From: Lingula anatina
Taxonomy: Eukaryota > Animalia > Brachiopoda
Assembly: GCA_051362555.1 (NCBI GenBank)
Contig: CM120646.1
Span: 9,982,001 to 10,046,000, forward strand
Reading direction: 5' to 3'
Length of the DNA: 64,000 nt
The translations under genes and the position numbers were made by a program. Below are positions 30,446-44,800 of this stretch, one piece after another (position 1 is the stretch's first letter; the number at the start of each line of letters is the position of its first letter). The notes under the pieces were generated by a model. It was not told where the DNA came from and searched no databases. It saw nothing but the letters and a program-made list of their open reading frames with translations.

Positions 30446-30642
30446 ATAATGTTGATGTTACTTATGATTTCCATGACTTTCAAAGCTACTTACGAAATGT
30501 GAACAAAATCACTCAAATGTTTAAGGCGATTGTTTATTGCACCACAGGATTTTCTTTTAAAGCATTCACTATAAACATTCCAAACCTGGAAGAACTACAT
30601 GTAGTGTATCTAACCAACATGTATACATGAATAAGCGTTTAA

Positions 30643-30977
30643 AGGGAAACTCCATGGGATGTAACCACCAAAAGGATTTTCCCACAAAAATAAGCAATTT
30701 TCATGTACTCAGGAATTTCTCACCTATCTCTCTCTGCACTTGGATTCGAACTTTAATTGAATTAATAAAGGTTGATTTAGTTTAAAATGACTGGTCAGTC
30801 ATTATAACCAACAAGAATCTTCCTTACCTTTGATGGAAATGTCAACATTAGGTATAAAAAAAGAAGAAAAAACTATTTTAGGGATTAAATCATTTTAAGG
30901 TGTATGGAAGGTTTATAGGAAGCTGTGGTTAGCAAAAATAAGCATTTAGAACATTTTCAAACCCATGGAGTGTACCT
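30643..30977. mobile_element. TTAA-target (Kolobok-like) MITE, copy 2
   Basis: TTAA|AGGGAAACTCCATGG ... CCATGGAGTGTACCT|TTAA. Core CTGCACTTGGATTCGA is shared with the copies at 11616 and 44478. Confidence 0.75.
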
Positions 30978-31287
30978 TTAAACATTAACCTTCTTAAATG
31001 CAAATCAGAAGAAATAAAATAAAATATCTAAACACCATTATCTTTGTCTGATAAGCCCAACTTATACTGCAAAGTAATTTTAATCCAGTAAGCGCCTCAT
31101 TATTACATAAAATAATGTATTTCAATTTAAAAAAAACTTACTTATGAATAAGCCAATGGCTGAAACTAAAATTGAACAATCACAGGACAAGGAAATTATA
31201 TTTAAAATTGTAAACCACATATTAAATCTTAAAGTCAAATTTAAAATACAAAGTGATCTTTGGTATATCAGAAATATGTTTTATATA

Positions 31288-31511
31288 CACTGACAGTCAA
31301 TGAAAACGCATCAGAAAACTTTCTTGTACTTTTTTACCCAGAATCGATTCAAACCATACAAAGGAGTACAAATGCACTTGTTTGGAGAGTGGACTGACCA
31401 CTATTTCATATTTCACATATTTCACACGAAAACTGTTATTTTCTTAATGTGCTAAAGGAACTTAAAATATTATTTGATAAATAAATGATGCGTTTTCATT
31501 GACTGTCAGTA
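31288..31511. mobile_element. Tc1/mariner-type MITE (TA flanks)
   Basis: TIR ACTGACAGTCAATGAAAACGCATCA / TGATGCGTTTTCATTGACTGTCAGT within TA-rich flanks. Confidence 0.75.
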
Positions 31512-31676
31512 TATATATCGATTGATAGCAGATGAGATGCAAAACACTTAAGATGCAAATAGAGATAACATTCACTTGAAAGAATTTAGATGGTATAGAG
31601 CAACCACAGGCTGCGTTCCCATAAACCCATCATACTAGCTAGATTGATCTAACTCTGCAGGGTTACTCACTAAAGT

Positions 31677-31985
31677 CAGGCCTACCAGACTCGGCACCGA
31701 ATGATCCAGAATTCACCGGTAAATCGGACCACACTACCCGTTTTCAAGGTGTGTATCAGATCGCATTACACAGTATCAGACGCGACACCGCTTTTGCCTA
31801 GTACGTGATGTGATAGGGACGATTCTCAGCGGGGTTGAAAAGCATTGCATCACCACTCAAAATTTGTTCAGGGTATGATACTGTGTAATGCGATCTGACA
31901 CACACCTTGAAAACGGGTAGTGTGGTCTGATCTACCGGTGAATTCTGGATCATTCGGTGCCGAGTCTGGTAGTTGGGTAGGCCTG
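31677..31985. mobile_element. MITE with about 100-bp near-perfect TIRs (CAGGCCTACC...GGTAGGCCTG) and apparent 5-bp TSD AAAGT
   Basis: Arms at about 31677-31779 and 31876-31985 are reverse complements. AAAGT lies at 31672-31676 and 31986-31990. Confidence 0.85.
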
Positions 31986-32362
31986 AAAGTGCTTTCAGTG
32001 TAATCAGCTTAATTGTCTGGTACACCCCATTGAGTTACAATGAGGTAATTGACTACTGTTAATTATATCTAGCAGCTTGAGTAGTAGTATAAAACAATGG
32101 AAGAACCTTTAAACACACAATGCACCAAAAACTAGTAATTTGAACAATGATGAAACACAGACCGATATTAGTACACATCTATGGTAACATATTTAAAACT
32201 ACTTGTTAGTCTTGAAAATTAAAGAGACAATTTAAATTCACAGCTTATTTTTCTCCAGCTCTGTCATTCTAAAGGCTCCAATGTCACTGCTCTGGTCTGA
32301 GAAAATCTGCAGGAATTATTCTTCCTCACAAACTTATATAAGATGATAGATGGTGTGAAATT

Positions 32363-33565
32363 TTACTCAGACACATCTCCATCTGGACTACTTAGAAGAG
32401 AGACTTCCTCAAATTTCCCCATGCTAAGTTTTGACATTGTCTTTTTCCATTTTTGGATTCCAGTTTCTTTGCCACTTCTCTCAATATTAGCAGCCTGACT
32501 GAATGCTCCTACACTCTTTGTGTTTTGTCCTGTGGATCCCAAACCTAAATCTCCATCCACTTCACTGTCATACAATACAGAAGAGTCTGCATTTGAATTG
32601 TGTTGATATTGACTAAAATTATGGTGTGAGTTTTGGCCACTATCTGCCTCTCTTGTGCTGTCATAGGAACTGTTGTCATGGAAACTACTTTGACGGTCTG
32701 CTGAGGTCCTGTCAGGTATATTTCTTGGCATTTCTACCATGGGGATATTTTCCTCAATATTGCTGAGGAGTCTTGCATATTCTGAACCCCTGTTGCCAGG
32801 GTTATTAACATGGGAATTGTTGACATGACTACCACTGGTTGCCATGGATCCTGCACTCCCTGGCTGCACCAAGGCAGCTTTCTTTTCATCATTGTAACAA
32901 AACATGTATTCAAATGTGTCATATAGTGCCACCAGAAAGCAGAACACACCTATCAGCAAAATAATCTAAAACAGAATTTGAAAAAATATTACACATTTCT
33001 ATCAAAATCAAAAAAGTCCATTCCAACTAACAAATGAATTTTCATCATCAGCCAAAGTAAAGAATGAGCTGACATTTTATGAAGTAACTCAAGTAAAAAT
33101 CTCAAGGTTAAAAAACACTTCAAATAATACTATAAAATGTTGTTGACTGCAATACCACATTACAATGTAAACTGGAGACAAGGCATTTACCTTAAGAGTT
33201 TTGGGTGGAATGCTGGCTTCAGGACCTTGGTTGGCAGGAGGGGGTGGACAAGGCTTTGTGAAGTTGTCATAAAGATACCTCCCAGACACAGCATCTGATA
33301 TTAGTCTTAGAAAACAATAAAATATATGATCAAAACTTATTTGGCGGGTTTTTCAGGACACATGGTGAGGAAAGGAGGGTGGGAGTGTTTAGCGATCACA
33401 GGGAAAATCAGAGGAAAGAGAAGCAGAGGAAGACTGCGTGTTGGCTTTGTCAAGAGTTTAGGTTTATGGATGGGTGTGTCCAGTAAAACAAATCTGAGGT
33501 TCATCTGAACAAAAGGAGTTGTGGAGGTCAATATAATAGTCAATGTCCAGCAAGGACAAGATACT

Positions 33566-33597
<32 letters not shown>

Positions 33598-36500
33598 TAA
33601 TAAGTGTAGCGTAATACTATCTCTCCTCCTTTTATTACACAAAAAAATGGAAAAAATGAAATATCAGCTTTCACATGGTATTTTAATTGTTCAAACACTT
33701 TATTTTACAATAACTCAGCTAATTAATGTTTAAAACTTCCATGATAACTGTGAAATCCACTATTATTCATGTCATAGAGACTGTATACATTACCTCTTTC
33801 TTGCCTCAAAATTTCCACGGTTCATCTGAGATCCAAACAATACCAACTGCCATTTCTCAAAGATGCCAAATGGAAAGATGTGGTTTCCTGGTCAAAAAGT
33901 AAAGTTTCAGATATGGAAGAAATGTAAGATCAATTAGAATTTTCTTAAGACTCTTTACCCATACATAATTATTTAATTTAATATCAATGTTTGTAAGTCA
34001 AAATCAGCATTTCAATAAAGAGAAACACTAATATACTTCTTAATAATCTTAACCCACAAATATTACAGACAATATTCAACTAAATATCGATGTATGTAAT
34101 TCTTTATTAAGTTGAAATCAGTATTTCAATATGGATTTAGACTTATAACTTCATCTTAAATTAGATTATATATTTGAAGTAAAACTTTCCAAAAGATAAA
34201 CCAACAACTTTATAATAACACAATACCATGCTTATCACAGCAATTGGAGAGTTGAGGAGGTTAAGGCCAATAAAACTAATAGATCAGATGAACTGCCTCT
34301 TGACCATGTACCGCCCACAGGGTGTGGTCCAAGGGTATCACAACCAACAGAGATAGTTGTTAAGTTATTAAGTGTTCAGAGTCGGCTGATGCAACAATAA
34401 AAATGCACCGATGCCCACTAATGAATATTTTTCACGGTACAGCACATAGTGAAAAATGAAAAATGAGGTGTGACTATTAGGTGTACTTTATAGTAGCACT
34501 TCAGTTCTAGCCCAACAACTTATAGCAGTCAGGACACACTAAAATTTTCAAGATGTCTCAAGATGGTGAGTTGGTTCCTAACAGAGGAGAAAGTCCCTAA
34601 ACGACATCATAACCCAGAAAGTTAAAACCCAGGTCGTCGCCTCCCAAACAGTAGATATATACAACCTACAGAGCATGATAGCCGCCAATCTTAAACAATT
34701 TTCCGAGTCCATGGACTTAACACAAAAGCATATCCCTAACATAGAGGACAAAGTATCCTCTTCTTACATGTATAGAAGAAAGGGCAACAAACAATAGTAC
34801 AAGGTGAACGATCAAGTCTTAAGGAAGCTAAATGGCGCTGACGAAATCCTAAGATGCAAAAAGGCTGCAAACAACATGTTGGAGAAGGCCTGGGAGAAAA
34901 TCTGGGAAGGTATACGGTCTTATTAGCCAGACAGAAGCTTATAAAGATAGCAGATTCCAGCTCTCAAGGTTAGCTTGTTGTTGAAGAGAACAGTTCAAAG
35001 CCCGTTGCAGATGGCTCAGAGGACAAAAAGCGCATCCTTAAAAAGCACATTGATGCCAGACAGAGCAAGAATGAAACGATAAGTAGACACTGTTATACTC
35101 ACAAATGCATGTTTATCTTGTGACAATAAATGTTCAAACAAAAGTGAAAGTAAATGATTAGAATGTGACTTTGAGCAGTTATCCCAAACAGAATGTTTTG
35201 CATAACAAAATTGATTTTTGTTACCCGTAGGTAGATTTAAGTCATACATTTCAAAATGGGTTGAAACAGTGGCTTGTTCCCACTTATTGGAAGTTATTGA
35301 ATCAGGTTACAAAATTCCTTTTAAAGATACGCCTGAGGTCTTTCTCAGAAAAAACAAATCAGCCTTGGAAAACGCTACTTTTATATCCAGCGAAATTACA
35401 GCTTTGTTGAACAAATGTTGCATTTCAGAGGTACATTTTCTGCCCCACGTTACCAACCCTTTATCCGTTGCTTACAGTAGGTCCGGTAAACCTCGATTGG
35501 TATTAGATTGCAGGTACATCGATCCCCACTTATTCAAATTCAAATTTAAGTACAAAGATTTCAGCGTAGCCAGAGATATATTTAAGAAAGGGGAATACGT
35601 GTTTTCATACAATTTGAAATCTGCTTATTTCCACATTTTTGTTTTTCCCGATCAACGCACCTTTTTAGGATTTACTTGGATCATAGATGGGAAAGAAAGA
35701 TCATTTGTTTATAATTCACTTCCATTCAGTCTAGCTACTTCTAGATTCATATTTTCTAAACTTATAAGGCATCTTGTCAAATACATCAGGTCGAAGGGAC
35801 ACAAAATCATCACGTACTTGGAGGATGGGATGGCCCGGAGACCGCAATTTTTCTAGCGCTTGTCAGTTCAGCAATTTAATCAGAGAAATTTGCAGTTCTG
35901 GGCATTTGGCCCATGGGGTAAGTGAGAATATTAAACTGCATACATGTGGCCATGGTCCATATGGGGTTAACCTTGCAGTAAATGATGCAGGCTGACATAC
36001 AAAACGTGGTCCTGGCAACAGAAAGCAAGGTTAACAGGCCAGGATGTTTGATACCTTACTTTGTACTGTACATGTATATGGTGCTGACCTCTATCTGTGA
36101 CCTTCAGTTTCCAAATTCCTACTGGGTTCTCACTCCAACATCTCACTGTGCTGAATGTCCAACCTTGGAAACCATCTGATGAACTGAATAAAAAGAAAAA
36201 TGAATCAATTATACTACATATACATGCATTTAAATGAGGTTTAAAATGCTATTTTCTAGTACCAAAAATCCAAGCTTAAAATACGAAAATCCAAATTACC
36301 ACTGTGACACAATAATTGTTTTTAACAATGGAGACAGAGATAGATGAGGGAGGGGGGGAGAACAGGGAGCCAATAATGAGAGTTCATTTAGGTTTCAAGT
36401 GGCACGTACAAATATAGAACAAGTAAGGTGTTATCAATACGATTATTCATGGTTCCAAGGAATTGTACTTAGCTGATATTTTAGTGATAATAATCACTTA

Positions 36501-39500
36501 CTTTGAGACAAAATATTTGAAACTATAACTTAAATATCTATAAGTAATTACAATGTTCTTAAAAACAAAGTTTGATTTTTTCCCATCCAGAATTGTTAGA
36601 AGGTTATCTAAGAATATATAGCTATCTGTGGTGAGTACACTTTGTACCTGTCTTTAGGTCTTGGTGTAGCTATAACAGAATCAGTCCCACTAGGACATGT
36701 CACATGAATGTCAAGACTGCCTCTGTGGGGGTGACTCAAGGTCACTGTCACCTGCACATGCTCAAGTAGAAATAGGTTATATCCTGCTAGGACTTCTTCT
36801 GAAACTAGAAAAAAATCAAAATAAATAAAATGTAATAAATCAATTTTTCAACATTACAATGAAAAGCTGCTTAACATAAGACAAAATAATTCTGTTAAGC
36901 CCCCTTTACACTGGACAATGTCCTTTCTGCGTCCTGAAGTACAGCCCTGTTTGAGAGAAAAAAAATACTTTAAATGCCGACAACTGGATGATCATTCAGT
37001 ATTCATTTTGCAATCAAAGCGATGCTTGTGCCTCCTGTCTATGACCAGACCAATGCCAGTTTCATGGTGGCACAAAGGATGCAGAAATTACGTCAGGCTA
37101 GCAATCTGTCACAGTGGACCGGTCCAGTTTAGTAAACTGCTCATTGCAAAAAAAGGTCTTAAATACTTTCATGGACTATACCAGGTCTTGTAAATTTTTC
37201 CTACACGAAAACTATATAATATAAAATAAAACTACAGTAATTACTATTTACATTAGATCATCCCTATTGAGTGGTAGCAACAAAATTTTTAAAAAGGCTA
37301 ATCTATATATAGTTCCATTCTACACAGTAAAAGCACCACAAATGCTATACAAAAATATAATTTTTGTGATTATAAAATTATGCATCTGAAAATTTGATAA
37401 TTTTTTCCCAATGAAAAGATCCCATCATTACCGTAAGTCAGTAAATTTCCTTCAAAACAATTTTATGTTAAATCTTTTAATTTAAAGGGTATATGTTTTT
37501 CTCTTAATTTTTTAATAATTAAACATTCATTTACTAAAATTATCATCAACACTGCACTCTGAATTGTATACAAAAAATGTAACATACCTGTCATATTCAG
37601 TTCTAAAACTTGGGGATGTCTTGGTATTTTAGTATGTACAGTGACCTCTTGTGATGAATATGTTGACATCCATGGCACTGGATCCCACACCTTAATTTGT
37701 TCATATATGTACTTTAAAGAATACATACTTCTAATTTTTATTCAACACACAATAATACGTATTCAATTTTTGGTGGTTTAACATTATCAATTAAAACTCA
37801 TTGTTATAGCAATTTTAAAAGTTGAGATGCATACAAGTAGCAGTATATTGAACTCTGTAATGCCTGGCTTGCTCTTATAAACTAATAGTTGCATGTTGTT
37901 CATTGCTTGTCATAAATTCTGCGATAAATATTTATAGTAATTTGGATATGTCCCACTGATTCTGAACCAGATAAATACATGTAGCTTTGGATTTACACAG
38001 TGTATGGATGGAAATATAATTATTTTCAGTCAACTCTATAGTGATGTTTAAGTTCAAAAACGACTAGTCCATGCCTTTGCTGCGTTGACAAGTCTCCAAG
38101 CGTCCAGGAGTCCAAAGCCATGTTTGTGGCTGTGGTGGAGGCCTGCCTGGTTGGTGGTGAAGTGGCCGGCCTGTTCATCTACCTGGAGTGATAAGGGTAT
38201 GGGCCCATAACTAAGGATCTAATGGTTCAAAGCAGAAACACTGTCTAGTAACTAAACAAACAAAAATATATGCATGGGCAAAAGTTGTTAAGTTGCAGCC
38301 TCTAGCTACTGGTACATTTCCAAATCAAGTGAACATTAATAGCTGAATTTCTTCATACATTTAAGTTCAATATGCTTAAATCAATATGCACAAAATATGG
38401 GTTACAACACTGCTTTCCATTTGCACCCTTCATTCAAAGAACTGCTGGCTTTTGTATTCTTGGCCAGGATATGATTCTTTAGCTTCACCAGCAAAACTAT
38501 TCTTTGGGTTCCAATAAAATGTATGGCCTCTTTAGGAAAATTTTTGAAAATAACTTAATGGTATATTTTTTTCTTTTTTTTCTATGTCTTTTTTCTAATA
38601 TACTCTCCTCACATCTTGGATATTATCCAAAATAGTAAATCACTCAAAAAATTGCTAAGTGAAAAACTGATCAGAATAAAATAAAAAAAATTAAATAACA
38701 TAAAGATAAAGATATAAATTTATGAGCAGGGTAGAAGTAACCCAGTATATAGCCTGATGCAGGCCTACGTCCAGGTTGGCTGTAAGCTAACAGTATGAAA
38801 GTTTTCTGGCTAGTGTTAGATAATTTTCATTTAAGAATATCAGTTATTATCTTTTTTAAAAACACTTTTGTAAGTAGATAATTGATTCTAAATATTTAAG
38901 CCAAGGAATTTATTCAATTGAGGCCCAATCTCTCTGTTGACTACTCAGAGTACTGAATTACACTAGTGAACTCTACACAATTTTAATATGACTTTGAATT
39001 TTATTTATAATTAAAATTACATTTTACCAAAGATGGCATACAACAACTCAACTGACATGATCACAATCAATGAAAAGTTATTCAGACCTTAGTTTGCAGT
39101 ATCCCTCTGAAGAAATTGCTGCAAAGAATATATGTCAAGAATTGTATTGTGTTGGAGGTGACAACGCAATTGTGAGCAAAATTATGAGTGAGTACGGACC
39201 GTAGTAGTTATTGGATTGTGTGGAACGTGGCAGTCTTCATGTGTTCACGTGGGTGAGACCATGATGTTAGTTTTTGTTGGATAATATTCGCCTTAAAGGC
39301 GGCTAAGACCCTTTTGCAACAATATACATTTTTTTAAAAATTGAATGTTAATGAGGAGTGTCATGTTCAGAACTATGTATATGATTATTACCAGAATTTC
39401 ATTTTCAAACTCAAAACTACGCATACCTTTACAGCAGTCATTACAATAATGTGCTGCACATCTCTCCATGTCAAGCAGCTGCGTGCCTGAAGCATCAGCG

Positions 39501-41799
39501 CAATCATCCCAGCAGCCAGTGGGGCAGCAGCTGAGGTCCCGGAATGTTCATCAGTGCAACCAGTGCCTCCACGCACCATCCAATCTGTTGTCACCTACAA
39601 TATTTTGCATCAAAGTTAGTTCAAATTTTATTACTTTTTTTACAATATCTTAATATCCTGTAACTTAACCTAGTCATTTGTCCTCAAGGTATATTATCTG
39701 CATTTAAAAAAGTCTCAACATCATATCCTCTATGTCTACATACCCTGCAAAACAAATCAGACCTTAAAAGCAATAAACCCCCTCAAATGAAGGTAGATGA
39801 CATCAATATTTCCTCCTGACATGTACAGGAAGACATGCTGGTCTGATTGACTGTGCAGCACTGTGTGCACTAAATATAAAATATCCAAATTCAAGGGCAG
39901 GGGCAGGTTAAGCAACATATGAGGGGAAGGAAAAATTTCTTTTCATATAAAATATCCAACTTGGCAGGAATACCCTTGTTAGAATACCTTCAAGCTTACT
40001 TATTGAGCTTAGTTTGATCAAAGGTCTGTAATTTATATGTGGCTTTAAATCCAGTTAAATATCAATTACAATAGATGGAACATATTACTTGTCATAATAT
40101 TTAGTTTTATCTTCACCCGAAGATGTTTCTGACTCATATTGTGTATCTCACCACATTTCTCAAGCCAGGCCCTCCACTGCTGAAAGTGACTGCTAACATA
40201 GAAGCACATTCTTCTGCATAATAAGGCATGTTCCCCAATTCATCAACAGCCCCTAGATTACAACAAGGAGATGTTAAACTTCCAATTTTCTATAAATTTG
40301 TTTCTTCAAGGTTAAAAGCAGATCATACTAAGATTCTCATATTACATAAAGTATGGAATAATAATATTGTTTTCATTAAAACTCCTTAATGTCACATACC
40401 CAGTTTGCAAAAAAAAACAACAAAAAAAAAAAACAGGCTAAAACATGCCTTTATATAATACTGGTTTTCATCTATATTCAACTGCAGGGACAGGTCGACT
40501 TAACATTTCAAGAGAAGAAGAAAAACATTTTAAGGAAAATTTGATTTGGCAAGAAAACCCGCCTAAGGATACCTTTAAACATACTTAATACCCTTAGCAT
40601 ACACTAATAATAAGTCACCAAATAACTTCACCCAAATAAGAAATCTAAGACTTGCATTTTGTGCATCATTCTACAAACTAAGTACCTTATATTTATGGGT
40701 ATATGTCCTTAAGTCTGCAAGTAAATGGATTTGAAATGCAATATTTCTGCCTCAAATAAGAAATCATGTATTTCTGAACATAAGTAATGGGCAACAAGGC
40801 TGTTTAGAAATACCTGTACTTTTTTCTGCCTAATAGTTCCCAACCTACCAATAGTAACAGTATAAACTGAATTTGCATAGCCATCAAAGTTGCAGTTGTC
40901 TCCATGGAAACCACCATTGCCACTGGCAACCACATAGATACTCCCATAGCCTTGACGACCAAAGTTGACACCTTTTTCCATAGCAGTTTGTGCCAAGATG
41001 TGGGGGCCATCTACTGTTTTGCCATCATCATCTGGACCCCAGCTATAAGGAATAAACACAAAAAGGCATAAGAACTAAATTTGACAGATATAAACAAAGG
41101 GTATGTCTTAAGGGGGTGTAGTTGGGCATACAATGTAGTTTGAACAGTGGCTTATTTTTCAAAACTTATCAAACTATCACTTTACATACCAAAAGTAAGA
41201 TAAAGTGGGTGTTAGCAATGTAAAAAGTGCACCCTTTTCAAGACCATTCCCAGACCCTATCGTACTAACTGTGGATCAATCTATCTCCGAGGATTCTTAA
41301 TAAATTGCAATCAACTTAAGCGGCTTGGATGTCTGTCACGCCTACTGAAGCTGCTAGGGGGTAATTAATGATCATTTAGCAGCTTCAGTAGGCGTGAGAT
41401 TGATTGATCCTGTTAGATCCTGTTAGATCGATCTAGTTATGGGAACCCAGTCTTAGCTAGGTTAGTTGGTGGTAGTATACGGTCACATGGGCTGTGAAAT
41501 GCTAGTAGTTGATGCTGTCTCAGAGGTCAGGGAGCTGTCAGATCCAGCTGTCATTATTCTCATGTAAGAACATTTCCAAATTTTGAAAATGGACCCTGGT
41601 CATTCATGTTTTTACCCCAGGTGTTAAAGACAGACGTTGCCTATGTATTTTATTTAAAAATAGCATTAATTTTACAAGGTGGGCAATTGATATTTAAGCA
41701 TCAACAGCATATTGAGACCAAAGATTTTTCATTATAAAATTTTAAGATCCCACAGGCACTATAATATCCTTTTAACTCTAGGTCAAGTGTGTGTGTGTG

Positions 41800-41843
<44 letters not shown>

Positions 41844-44800
41844 GCCTCTCTTCTGGTCCTCAAATCAAGTTCGGTCCCTTGGTTTAAACTGTTTACCAGA
41901 GGCTCTGTTATGGTCCTACACCTGTTAATGTCCATCATGACGTGTTCTAACGTGTTCCCCAAACGTGTCCTTGGCTGACTCTATTATGGTCTCCAATATT
42001 TGAGGTTTAAAACTTTGAGAGGCTACCAAAAAACGTACGTAAACTGAATGTTGGAAAGAAATGCATTTCAATTATTTAAATTGTATTATATTTGCTATAA
42101 TATTTTCTCAGATTTTTTAAAGAACACAAAAGTTTTGCTGCGTGACTACCTTTAGGATGCTTAATACTACTACAACATTTATGGCGTTCTCTGCTTCTTG
42201 TTTGCTTCTTGTTAGGCCTACATTCGTGGGTATTTGTGTGCATGTGGGGGGGGGGGGCTACTCACTCACTGTCATGATCGTGCAAACTTTATTCCGTTTC
42301 AAGTTATTATAAGCTCTTATTTTCATATGGACGCGTTTATTCCCGTGAATTTCCTAAATGTCCACTGGACTGTCAAGAACTAAAGTGAGTCAGAGCTTAA
42401 ATCAGAACTTAGTCCCTTATATAGGCACAGTATAATGGATTTTTACTGCATACGTTTTATAAATCTATTAATACTGCAATTTATGTAAAGAGCTCCTTAT
42501 GAAGGATAGTCTAGCTACTTTATTCATTTACGCATTTTGTTTCAGATTTTTTTTCGATTTTCAGGATTTAGGGTTTAGGTATGGTCACTATAAAAATACC
42601 AAAATGTAGGCGTTTTGTGCAAGTAGTAGAAATGGATTATATTATTTTCGAATCAGCGGATCTAAAATAAACAATGTTTATTAATAAGCGTGCAATATAT
42701 TCGTAATTATAGCCTGTTTGACTGCATTTAAACTAAGACGCAAGTGAACATAATGAGTGTTTGATTGACGGGGCTGGTTTAGAGATGAGCTGCATACCTT
42801 GTTGGTATTTATACCTAGGCTTTCACAAGCTATATGTCCCATATCATTCGCATAATGTTTAAGTGATGTTTTGCTACTGGATGACAACTTACATGTAGCA
42901 TCCCAATTGTATTGCTTTAGGAGCGTACAGTGAAGGGAATATCATGAAATCCCAGTGATCTGACCAAATACATTGTGGAGATTTGAGGGACTAATGGTAG
43001 AGGACAGATCCAGTATAACTAGGTAGTATAAGTATGCATACCAATGCAATTTACTGTTACACAACGCCGTACTCCCTTGGGCAAAATTAAAGGCTAACAT
43101 CCCCGTTTCAATTTACCACTTCAAGGGAAAGATTTAGAGCAGCGCCAATACTAATTAGAGCTTTTAAGCAGATTGTTGGAAGATTGTGTTAATTCGTTAC
43201 ATCTAAGCTTTGTCAGGGATTAATTTTTGGTTGGGGTTATGGTTTATGTTTAGTTTAGTTTAGTTTATTTCACTGTAACATATGCATCCACTTGTGTGGA
43301 TGAAAATGACAATATGAATACAATTTATGTGTCGATTATAATTGGAATGCCTTTGATAATTTTATAACCAAGACTTATGGAATAAATAATTTGCTAAGTT
43401 TTATAATTATGTGTGAGGACGTGGGCGAAAACGGGAGTCACCCTATTGAACGTAGGTTGGGAACTGATGAATGAAATTAAGTAAAATTAGTTAGATTTAA
43501 TACAGATTAAGAATTTTAGACGCATTTTTGTTGCTGCCAAAGATAGCTTACGAATTATGGATTCTAAACTTGTGTGTTTGTGGGAAACTTTTAGTTTTAT
43601 TTTGTTCTAAGGTTAAAGAGACGAGGCCTAAGAAGCCTATACGCGTTAATTCTCTAATGTAACTAAAATTTTCAAATAACGATTTTAAAATGAAAAAGCT
43701 GTTAAAATAAGCTTTTTTTTTAGAATATCACGTTCGGTTAAGAAGATACCGGTAACATACGCCTCCACAGATCTGCTACCCCCCCTCCCCTTCTTAACCT
43801 GAAAAAGTGCTGTCCTTGAAAACAAGTCTGATTTTACGGACAAATTCTGAATACCTGATCTTGGGTTCACAGAGCGTCAGCTGGTTATTTTGAAAAGGGT
43901 ACAAAAATATAAATGAATGTGTGATGCAACAATAAATAATTGTGTAAATAATGTCGTCTAGTGAGCCTACAAATGTATTCATATCATTCAGTGCTCAATA
44001 AACTTATTGTTTTTATTATAAAAATCTATGGTGCAAATTGGCTTGACGTAAAAGTAGAACTAAACCGAATCTCGTTATACCAGTTTGGATTTAACAAAAT
44101 GGACATACAAATAAATGCAGTAGCTCTGTCAACTGTAATTATTTACACGACTTGCAAATGGACTGGACATATGTGGCAAACACTGACCACACCATATATA
44201 TGATCTGATAGCGATTTGATTTATAACCAACGCAGCAAAAATTCTTCTGACGTGAGCCAGTCTTCAGAAAGAATAACAGTGCAGGAAACGATAGACGGAG
44301 AAAGAAAAAGCTGGTACTACGAATTACAAACGCCAAGATGAATGCAGTTCTAGGACTGTTGACATTTCTTTGTATCCTATGCATAGCTGTTGAGTCAGCA
44401 GACGAGGTAAGTTTCTTTTCGTGACTTACCTACACTGTAAGTTTTGACAAATGAAAAAAAATTGATTCAAATGTAAAAGGTACACTCCATGACATTTAAC
44501 CGACAAAGGGGATTTCCAGGAAAATAAACGATTTGCTCGTACTCCCGAATTATTAATCTTTCCTTCTCTGCACTTGGATTCGATTTGATCAAATTTATAA
44601 GGATTGGTTTTCACCTTTAAAGGAATGGCCAGTCATTAAAGCAGCGCCCACTTCCCCATTTCCAAGAGAAATGTCAACATCAGGTACGGGTCAAGAGAAA
44701 AACAAAAGAGATTAAATCACTGTGTGTAAGATTTGTTAGAAACTATGGATGGCAAAATTAAGCGTTTTTGGGGAATTTTCAAAGACATGGAGTGTACCTA

